DNA from: Bacteroidales bacterium
GTDB taxonomy: Bacteria > Bacteroidota > Bacteroidia > Bacteroidales > UBA3824
Assembly: GCA_017544805.1 (NCBI GenBank)
Contig: JAFYDK010000094.1
Span: forward strand, 14,966-78,965
Reading direction: 5' to 3'
DNA: 64,000 nt
Position numbers and translations under genes: made by a program. How positions within the stretch are numbered: the stretch's first letter is position 1; every line of letters starts with the position of its first letter. Below the pieces are notes generated by a model. It ran no database searches and had not been told where the DNA came from. It saw only the letters and a list, made by a program, of their open reading frames with translations. This document shows, in pieces, positions 56,429 to 64,000 of the stretch.

Positions 56429-59400
56429 TTAGAATGAGAAACTTAAACCAGCTTGGAATACTCTCGGCATAGGATAACGTCCAGCATCCAAACCTGAATA
56501 AAGTACGCAGCCCTGACCAACTTCCGGATCACCGTATTTTTTGTATTTAGAGAATGTTACAAGGTTGCTTACTGATACGTAAACTCTTGCATTAGAGAGT
56601 TTTAAGCGTTCGATAGTCTGACGCGGGAAAGTATAACCAACTTGGATATTGCTGATTTTGAAATAATCTGCTTTTTTAACCCAAGCATCAGATGCTCTCA
56701 TGTTGTTGTTTACGTCAGTGATAGAAAGTCTGGGCAAAGAACCGTTCGGATTTTCAGGACTCCAAGCATCGTCAGAGCTTTCTTTCAAGAGGTTCGGAAC
56801 AGTTTGGTCATCACCAGAGAACATTGTGCTAAGACGCATTGCAGAGTAAGAGAAAATCTTGTAACCTGCTACACCATAACCGTAGATTGAGAAATCCCAA
56901 TTTTTGTAATTAGCGGTAAGGTTGATACCATAGTTGAATTTCGGGAAACCATTACCCAAAATTTTACGGTCATCTTCAGTGATTTTACCATCACCATTGA
57001 GATCTTTGAATTTGAAGTCACCAACTTTTGTGCCTTCTACTTGGTAGTATTCCAAAATTTTGTTAGGATCTTTTTCATCAGGCTTAACATCGCCTCTCTC
57101 TATAGCTTTGTCAGTGGCAAGTCTGTTAGCAGCAGCAAGTTCTTCTTCTGTTCTGAAGATACCTTCTACTACATATCCGTAGTAAGAACCTACAGCCTCA
57201 CCTTCTTGACTTCTTGAGTGGTCGCCCCAGTGGAAACCGTCAGCAGCACCGATTGTACCGATGTTAGAACCGTCTGAAGTTTTAGAAGCCGGGTCGTTGT
57301 CGCCACCGTCGTTGGTAGCCATTACAGGGTTACCCATTTTCTTAACTTCGTTTTTGATTGTAGAACCAGTAAGTGTAGCGGCAAAATTCCAATCACCGAT
57401 ACGTTTCTGATAATTAATCATGATTTCAAGACCTTGGTTGCTGATTTCACCGAAGTTGGTGTAAACCTGCGAAACGCCAGAAGATGAACGGATGTTTTTG
57501 TAAAGCAACAAGTCTTTAGATTTACGGATAAAGTAATCAAGAGTCATGTTGATCTGACCGCCAAGAAGACCTAAGTCAATACCGATGTTGGTCTGTTCGT
57601 TGGTTTCCCATTTGAGGTTGCTGTCTACAGTAACATTTTCAAGACCAGTGAGAGTGTTTCCTGAGTAACCCCAGTTACCCATAGTACCGTTCTGCGGGAA
57701 GAAGTGATAAAGTACACCTTTTGAAGTCAAGTGAGGAATACAAAGATCGGTTGCACCGCCTGAGTTACCTGTCTGACCCCAACCAAGACGGAGTTTTAAG
57801 TTAGTAATGATTTCGTTGTTAGCCAAGAAATCTTCTTGAGAAATTCTCCAAGCCAAAGCAACTGAGGGGAAAGTACCCCAACGATTACCAGAACCGAAGT
57901 TAGAAGAACCGTCACGACGGATAGTAGCTGTCAAAATATATTTGTCGAATGCGCTGTAAGTCAAACGAGCGAAATAAGAAATACCTCTGACTTTAGCGTT
58001 ATAAGCGCCATCACCTTTTATAGTAGAAGTGTTGGTAGTAAGCGAAAGTTTTCTGTTAGCCTCGCTAATGAACTCTCTTGCGCTTGCATTAACCCATTCA
58101 CCCCAAGAATCTGAAGCCTCTTGACCAATCATTGCAGAGATGTTGTGAATATCATTTTTCCAATTGTAGGTCAAATAGTTTTCGATATTAATAGTAGTAT
58201 TTTGGCTCTGACTGATAGAGAAAGCATTTGTAGAGTTTCTCGCCAATTTTAATTCTTCAAGTTCACCAGTGATAGAAGGATTGAATCTGTGAGGAACGAT
58301 TTCAAAGTTGTTCCAGTCAGAAGAATAGAAGTTCAAAGAACCAACCGATTTGAACGACAAACCTTTGATGATATTAATCTGACCGTAAATACTTGAGAAC
58401 ATACGGTTAGATTTTGAAACAGCGTTGTTTTCATAAATTCTTGCCAAGGGGTTGTCCATACCATCGGTGATACCTTCGTTTACGTTAGTACCCTGCATAG
58501 GAGCACCGTAAGAACCGTCTTCGTTTTCAAGTCTTGCAGCTACATAACGGTCGCCATCAATATAATCCAACGTCGGGCAGATGTAAGCCAAGTCTCTGTG
58601 AGAAGAGAGGTTCAAGTTGTTTTGACCTGCGCCGAAGTTAGAACCATTGCTACGGGTATATACGTAGTTCAAATCGCCACCTGCCTCCAAGAAGTCGGTG
58701 ATTTTGGTTTTAACATTTACTCTTGAGGTTACTCTCTCGTAAGAAGAGTTTTTCAAGATACCGTTGTTTTTGAGGTAAGAAGCTGAAAACATAGCCTGAG
58801 TGTTTTCTGTACCGCCAGAAACAGACATATTGTACTGCTGTTTGATACCAAGGCGTGTAAGTTCGTCTTGCCAATTGATTTCGTTTCTTTTTCCGTCAAA
58901 TTTTTCGCTCCAAATCTGGTTGTTAAGACTTGTAGCATCGTTGTAATAGCCGTTGTCATTAAGACGTGCTTGACGAATATTTTTAGAATATTGGTCGATG
59001 TCGCAAACATCCAAATGATAGGGCAATGCCTGAACGCCGAAATCAGCTGAAAAATCGAAACGGGCTTTACCTTTATCACCATGTTTGGTGGTAATCATGA
59101 TAACACCGTTAGCACCGGCAGCACCGTAAATAGCGGTTGCAGAAGCATCTTTCAAAACCTCAATACTCTGAATATCGGCAGGGTTAAGGAAGTTGGCGTC
59201 AGTACCAACCTGAACACCGTCTACAACATAAAGGGGAGCAGCACTACCGTTGATGGTTGCAACACCACGGATACGTACTTGAGAATTACCGTCCGGAGAA
59301 CCGTCTTGAGCGGTAACCATAACACCTGCGGCAGCACCTTGCAAACCTTGGTTTACGTTAGATGGAGCACGCTTCATCATGTCCTTTGTATCGACTGATA

Positions 59401-59761
59401 CGACTGAACCCGAAACGTCGGATTTTTTCATCGTACCGTAGCCGACAACTACGACTTCATCCAGCTCTTTGTTGTCAGATTTCAAAGTAACTGTGATGTT
59501 TGACCTTCCGTCAACATTTTCGGTGTGGTTGGAAAAACCGATAAATGAAAACGTAAGTTGGGCATCTGACGGAACCTGCAACTCGTATTTACCGTCAATG
59601 TCCGTGATTGTACCATTTGTGGTACCTACTTGAATGACATTAACACCGGGTAACGGCTCGTTTTGATCATCGAGCACCGTACCTGATACCCTGATGTTTT
59701 GGGCATTCAAAGCAAACGGGATTAGCATAATAAATAACCCCAATAAAATCAATCTTCTCAT
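56429..59761 (-). CDS. SusC/RagA-family TonB-dependent outer-membrane transporter
   Basis: 1110 aa with a signal peptide, CarboxypepD_reg (VSGTVLDDQNEPLPGVNVIQVGTTNGTITDIDGKYEL), a plug (DEVVVVGYGTMKKSDVSGS) and a barrel ending ..GLSFSF. No STN domain. Confidence 0.9.
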   Translation of the reverse strand: MRRLILLGLFIMLIPFALNAQNIRVSGTVLDDQNEPLPGVNVIQVGTTNGTITDIDGKYELQVPSDAQLTFSFIGFSNHTENVDGRSNITVTLKSDNKELDEVVVVGYGTMKKSDVSGSVVSVDTKDMMKRAPSNVNQGLQGAAAGVMVTAQDGSPDGNSQVRIRGVATINGSAAPLYVVDGVQVGTDANFLNPADIQSIEVLKDASATAIYGAAGANGVIMITTKHGDKGKARFDFSADFGVQALPYHLDVCDIDQYSKNIRQARLNDNGYYNDATSLNNQIWSEKFDGKRNEINWQDELTRLGIKQQYNMSVSGGTENTQAMFSASYLKNNGILKNSSYERVTSRVNVKTKITDFLEAGGDLNYVYTRSNGSNFGAGQNNLNLSSHRDLAYICPTLDYIDGDRYVAARLENEDGSYGAPMQGTNVNEGITDGMDNPLARIYENNAVSKSNRMFSSIYGQINIIKGLSFKSVGSLNFYSSDWNNFEIVPHRFNPSITGELEELKLARNSTNAFSISQSQNTTINIENYLTYNWKNDIHNISAMIGQEASDSWGEWVNASAREFISEANRKLSLTTNTSTIKGDGAYNAKVRGISYFARLTYSAFDKYILTATIRRDGSSNFGSGNRWGTFPSVALAWRISQEDFLANNEIITNLKLRLGWGQTGNSGGATDLCIPHLTSKGVLYHFFPQNGTMGNWGYSGNTLTGLENVTVDSNLKWETNEQTNIGIDLGLLGGQINMTLDYFIRKSKDLLLYKNIRSSSGVSQVYTNFGEISNQGLEIMINYQKRIGDWNFAATLTGSTIKNEVKKMGNPVMATNDGGDNDPASKTSDGSNIGTIGAADGFHWGDHSRSQEGEAVGSYYGYVVEGIFRTEEELAAANRLATDKAIERGDVKPDEKDPNKILEYYQVEGTKVGDFKFKDLNGDGKITEDDRKILGNGFPKFNYGINLTANYKNWDFSIYGYGVAGYKIFSYSAMRLSTMFSGDDQTVPNLLKESSDDAWSPENPNGSLPRLSITDVNNNMRASDAWVKKADYFKISNIQVGYTFPRQTIERLKLSNARVYVSVSNLVTFSKYKKYGDPEVGQGCVLYSGLDAGRYPMPRVFQAGLSFSF

Positions 59762-59863
59762 AAAAAAATTTATTATTTGGTTATTGTTAATAAAAAAAAA
59801 TTAAAACTCTATTTTGTTACTAAAGACTAACTAACTTGCATTTTTTCTAAATGGTAAAAACAT

Positions 59864-59871
59864 CAAAGTTA
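59864..59871 (-). promoter_or_regulatory. candidate -7 box TAACTTTG upstream of the minus-strand susC
   Basis: Plus-strand CAAAGTTA equals minus-strand TAACTTTG, ~100 nt upstream of ATG 59761. There is no exact -33 element. Confidence 0.25.
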
Positions 59872-60375
59872 ATAGTCTTTTTTAAATTGTTTCGTCAGTA
59901 AGATAGTTGATAAAACATTTTTTTATGTTGTCGTATCCCGTATAATTAATTTTAGTCTGTTAAAATTGATGTTCGTAATTAACACCCCTTAACTAATCTT
60001 AACAGTTACGAAGATAAATTGCAAAATCCAAAAAGAAAAATTTTTTTGTATTTTTTTGAAATAAAAAATTAGTTTTTTGTGTAAAAGGCTAAAAATCAAT
60101 ATTAAATAATTTTAAAAAAATAGAGAATTTAACCTTCAGACAGGCAAAAATGTAAAGTTTACATTTCAAACATAACCTTATTTTTTGTAATGTAAATTTT
60201 ACTCAAAAGCGTTTTTTAACATTTAAAGTTAATTTTATGTAAAAAAGATTTTAATTGTATATTATACCTTTATAATAGTTTTGATAACAAAAAAACGTTT
60301 TTTTAGTACCCAAAAAGCGTTATTTAGCCCCTAAAAAAGTGTTTTTCTTAAGCCCCCAAAAAGTGTAAATTTTTC

Positions 60376-60417
60376 TTAAAAACAAAAGACCGCCTTAACA
60401 GAGTTTAAGGCGGTCTT
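60376..60417 (-). terminator. rho-independent terminator after the third susD
   Basis: On the minus strand: AAGACCGCCTTAA-actctg-TTAAGGCGGTCTT followed by TTGTTTTT. Confidence 0.75.
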
Positions 60418-60442
60418 AATAAGAAAAAGTTAAAAGAAAAAT

Positions 60443-62413
60443 CTATTTATCATAACCGGGATTTTGATATGCGCTAATATCTTCAGCCGACATATCCATA
60501 GAATTCAATTGTCCAATCGGAATAGGACGGAGATAATTGAATTTCTCGATAGTACGTTTAACGGTTTTTCTTTCGCACCATGCTTTGTCAGCATTTTGAT
60601 CGCATATAGTATATTCACCAGCACGTTTTTCCCATGTCTGGGTGCGTGCAAGGTCGTACCAACGGATACCTTCGCCAAAGAGCTCTCTCATACGCTCGTC
60701 AAGAATGTAATCAATGTCGATGGTTGCAGGAGTAGCATCTGTTAAGTCTGAAGAAAAATCTTCGCTTACAGCCTTGTTTTCTGCATTGTTGAAACTCCAT
60801 TTACCGGCTCTTTCACGCAAAACATTTACTAATTCGCGAGCCTCGGTGTTTTTACCCAATTTTACGGCAGCCTCGGCAGCGATAAGGTAAAGTTCTGAGA
60901 ATTTAGCAATTACAAACGGACGTGTTAATGCTCCGTTAGGCTGACCTAAACCAGTACCGTTGTCAGTACGGTAAGTTCCAAGTTTCCAAAGTCCGGGATA
61001 AGCGTTACGGCTTATGCTTTCGGGTTCGATAACCCAATCGGCACGACCTTCGGTTTCACCCGCACCTACATTACTTTTACCCAAACCGGCTTGTGGATAT
61101 TCAACCGATGTAGAAAGCTGCTCTGGTACGAATGTCAAAACAGCATCACCGTTTTCAATAGGCATAAGGTTGGCGTTGTAATATTTTTCAGTTTTATCGC
61201 CGTCTTTTGCCCAGTTGCCACGGTAAACGGTTACAAACGTTCCGTCATAACGGGAATCCTTGTCCTTATCAGTGAAAATATTTAAGAACACTTCCTGAAC
61301 AGGAGCCATACGAGTCCACGGACGACCTGCCCATTGAGCAGCCTCACGTTTACACGGGTCTATTTGACTGGTTTCCTCGCCTTTTTCATTCTTTATAGAA
61401 CCTTCGGCGGTTTTGTAGGTACGAAGGTTGCAATAGTTCCATGTCGGAGCCCAAACCGTAGTCTGTTCTGTTCCGCTACCACCGGCGTATGAAAGGTCGC
61501 CACCATTATAATATGCACTACTTTCGGTTCTGTCGGCATAAAACATACATTCCTTGTTTCTGTCGTTCTGACCGAGATTTACCTCGTAATAAGTAGGCAT
61601 CAAACCGTAAGGACCGGGATTATCAATAGCTTCTTTTGACAGATTGTAAGCTTGTTCAAAATACCAATTGTAATCGTGTCCGTCAAGGTCAGTTCTTGAA
61701 CATTGAGGATAAGTGGGAATATCATTCGGATTTTCAAGCCACCAACCGTAGGTCAAATACGCCTTTGAAAGGAAAAATCTTGCCACGTTTTTAGTAACTG
61801 TACCTGTCAAACGCGGATTATCAGGAAGATTATCAACTGCAAATTTAAGGTCAGAGAAAATCTGCTTGTAAACTTCAGGAACAGTATTTCTCTTACTTGT
61901 TCTAACTGTCTCTATAACAGGTTTCAATACTCCACAACCCAAATCCAACGGCACACCGCCGAATGTCTGAACAAGACAGAAATAGTTGAAACCACGGAAG
62001 AAATAAGCCTCCGCCAAAAGTTGATTTGACACACCGGCCTCACCGGCATACTCAAGAATGTAGTTTACAGAGTTGATACTTGAAAATGCATTACCCCACA
62101 AAACGTCGCTTCGAGACGAAGAAGGAGTTAAAGTACCAACACCCGAAAGGTCTGCATCTTTGAAGTTACCATCAGCACTTTGCGCCCATGTATATTCGTC
62201 AGTACCTGTTTCAAGAGAGTTGAAGAAGTACATATTTCCGTAAACATAACGCAAGTTTTGATAAAGTCCTACAAGACCGCCTTCAATACCCTTGTCAGTT
62301 TTATAATATTCCGGAGTGAAAACTCCGCGCGGTTCTTCGTCAAGAATATCATCACAAGAAGAAAGCCCAAGCAATGAAGCAACCGCTAATATATATTTTA
62401 AATTTGTTTTCAT
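60443..62413 (-). CDS. SusD/RagB-family lipoprotein
   Basis: Lipoprotein signal ..LGLSSC followed by DDILDEE, a SusD helical core, and the C-terminus IPIGQLNSMDMSAEDISAYQNPGYDK. Confidence 0.9.
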   Translation of the reverse strand: MKTNLKYILAVASLLGLSSCDDILDEEPRGVFTPEYYKTDKGIEGGLVGLYQNLRYVYGNMYFFNSLETGTDEYTWAQSADGNFKDADLSGVGTLTPSSSRSDVLWGNAFSSINSVNYILEYAGEAGVSNQLLAEAYFFRGFNYFCLVQTFGGVPLDLGCGVLKPVIETVRTSKRNTVPEVYKQIFSDLKFAVDNLPDNPRLTGTVTKNVARFFLSKAYLTYGWWLENPNDIPTYPQCSRTDLDGHDYNWYFEQAYNLSKEAIDNPGPYGLMPTYYEVNLGQNDRNKECMFYADRTESSAYYNGGDLSYAGGSGTEQTTVWAPTWNYCNLRTYKTAEGSIKNEKGEETSQIDPCKREAAQWAGRPWTRMAPVQEVFLNIFTDKDKDSRYDGTFVTVYRGNWAKDGDKTEKYYNANLMPIENGDAVLTFVPEQLSTSVEYPQAGLGKSNVGAGETEGRADWVIEPESISRNAYPGLWKLGTYRTDNGTGLGQPNGALTRPFVIAKFSELYLIAAEAAVKLGKNTEARELVNVLRERAGKWSFNNAENKAVSEDFSSDLTDATPATIDIDYILDERMRELFGEGIRWYDLARTQTWEKRAGEYTICDQNADKAWCERKTVKRTIEKFNYLRPIPIGQLNSMDMSAEDISAYQNPGYDK

Positions 62414-62437
62414 TATTTACTTAAATATTATAATCAA

Positions 62438-64000
62438 TTAAAATGTAAAATTCATACCGACCATATAAGTTCTCGTAGACGGTGTGTTAGTACCGATGGT
62501 AAGCAAACGTTTCTGACCGTAAGATACAGCAGAGTTTTCATTACCGTAAGAGTTGGTTTCAGGATCCATGCCTGATTCTTTCTTGTAGGGAGAGAACATT
62601 ACAAACGGATTGATAACAGAGAAGTAAACTCTCATTTTTGAAATTCCGGCGTTTTTCAAAGCGGGAAGTTTTTCAAAATTATATCCGAGAGTAATAGTAC
62701 GAATTTTCAAGTATGAAGCATCGAAATAACCGAGTGTACTTGCATATTTTGCATTATCACCGCTGCGTTCGGTTTTAGGATTCGGATAACGCGCACCTGT
62801 GTTTTCAGGTGTCCAGTAATCAACAGAAACGTTGTTGTTTTTGGTTGATAAAAGGTTCAAATAACCTGAACCACCGTAAAGAGTGCTGATAAGAATTCCG
62901 CCTGCTTTGAATGCGCCTACGATGTTCAAATCAATGTTTTTCCATGCAAGAGTAGTATTGAAACCGCCTTGGAAATCACATTCCATGCTTTGAGGAATTC
63001 TATCATCGTCATTGATTTTTCTAACAGGTTTGCCGTCAGAGCCGTATTCGCCGGTGTATTCTACTTTAATCATACCTGCGCTGCCTGAAGGTTCAAGAAT
63101 TTTTCTCATATCTTCTTCATCTTCCTGCCAAAGACCTTCGTATTTGAAATCATAAATACAATCAATAGGCATACCCACAAACCAGTTATTACCTTTGTCT
63201 TCGGTCTGACCTGAGGCAAGTTCAACAAGTTTGTTGCGGTTTACGTAGAAGTTTACGCCAGCCGTCCAAGTCCAACCGTTTTTGTTGTCGATAATAGTAC
63301 CGTCTACGCTCATCTCGAAACCTCTGTTCTGAGTTTTACCAATGTTAGCCATAACGGAATTTACACCCGTTGAACCGGGCATTGAAATACCCAAAAGAAC
63401 TTTATTGGTTTTCATAGAATAGTATTCAGCAGTAACATTCAAACGGTTTCTGAAAAAAGCCATATCAAGACCGAAGTTCCATGTCGTAGAATATTCCCAA
63501 CCGAGTTCTTCATTCGGAAGTTCAGTAACTCTCATACCGGTTGTGTTTTTGCCGCCAAAGTTATAAGCCGAAGTACCAAGAAGACCAATAGTCTTGTAAG
63601 GATCAACAGACTGGTTTGAAGTTTCACCATAACCGGCACGTACTTTCAACTGATCGAGCCAGTCTAAACTTTCCATAAATGCCTCGTTTCTAACATTCCA
63701 ACCGAATGAAACAGCAGGATAAGTGTGCCATTTATGACCTTCGGCAAGACGTGAAGAACCATCACTTCTTACCGTTGCGCTAATCATGTATTTGCTGTCG
63801 TAAGAATACATAACTCTACCCATATAAGAGATAAGACCTGATTTCTGATAACCCTGATTTGAAGGATCAACAGTATAAGGAGAGTCTGTACGACCAAGAT
63901 TGTAATATAAGAAATGGTCAGACTGAATGTCTTTAGCACCTAAATTAGAAGAATTATACATATTCTCTTCAGCAGAATACATTGCTACGAAATTAATAGA
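62438..64000 (-). CDS. SusC/RagA-family TonB-dependent transporter, C-terminal barrel part (gene continues past the right edge)
   Basis: The frame stays open upstream of the ORF-track Met through position 64000 (..SINFVAM..). Barrel motifs are present (ATVRSDGSSRL, WHTYPAVSFGW, LKVRAGYGETSNQ) and the protein ends ..GMNFTF. Confidence 0.85.
   Translation of the reverse strand, partial: SINFVAMYSAEENMYNSSNLGAKDIQSDHFLYYNLGRTDSPYTVDPSNQGYQKSGLISYMGRVMYSYDSKYMISATVRSDGSSRLAEGHKWHTYPAVSFGWNVRNEAFMESLDWLDQLKVRAGYGETSNQSVDPYKTIGLLGTSAYNFGGKNTTGMRVTELPNEELGWEYSTTWNFGLDMAFFRNRLNVTAEYYSMKTNKVLLGISMPGSTGVNSVMANIGKTQNRGFEMSVDGTIIDNKNGWTWTAGVNFYVNRNKLVELASGQTEDKGNNWFVGMPIDCIYDFKYEGLWQEDEEDMRKILEPSGSAGMIKVEYTGEYGSDGKPVRKINDDDRIPQSMECDFQGGFNTTLAWKNIDLNIVGAFKAGGILISTLYGGSGYLNLLSTKNNNVSVDYWTPENTGARYPNPKTERSGDNAKYASTLGYFDASYLKIRTITLGYNFEKLPALKNAGISKMRVYFSVINPFVMFSPYKKESGMDPETNSYGNENSAVSYGQKRLLTIGTNTPSTRTYMVGMNFTF

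Overview
Densely coded, low-GC chromosomal window that looks like Bacteroidota (Bacteroidales-like). The evidence is SusC/SusD pairs, gldD/gldE, TTTG-N19-20-TAnnTTTG promoters and lipoproteins with acidic residues after the lipid Cys. The housekeeping backbone is mltG, ssb, ilvD, tadA, aspS, rsmG, tgt, an lptF/G-family gene, dprA, dnaJ, grpE, recA, udk and iorAB. Accessory blocks interrupt it: (1) 586-8317, an operon of a 1537-aa effector-less STAND/AAA_16 ATPase-TPR protein, a secreted TPR protein and a PorE-like OmpA protein; (2) 15480-20016, an operon of a small membrane protein, a secreted caspase-like protein that appears to lack its catalytic dyad, and a patatin phospholipase with a probable outer-membrane barrel; (3) a lone AAA-ATPase_like/PD-(D/E)XK gene with a consensus promoter; (4) a minimal GH53 beta-1,4-galactan PUL (39291-47174); (5) a small islet (49560-51340) with an MNT antitoxin, a truncated HEPN/DUF86 toxin remnant and an Rpn-family PD-(D/E)XK nuclease; (6) a SusC/SusD locus with no glycoside hydrolase, whose cargo is three lipoproteins built from Listeria-Bacteroides repeat and BspA-type LRR modules (51349-59761); (7) a third SusC/SusD pair running off the right edge. 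Non-coding oddities include AATTCAT-type heptamer arrays that start at or just after the stop codons of two unrelated genes, palindromes and direct repeats in PUL control regions, and three convergent gene pairs with overlapping stop codons. I saw no rRNA, tRNA, CRISPR array or intact IS element. All functional calls come from motif and architecture reading of the translations. No database search was run. The best candidates for something undescribed are (1), (2) and (6), and none of their functions can be established from sequence alone.
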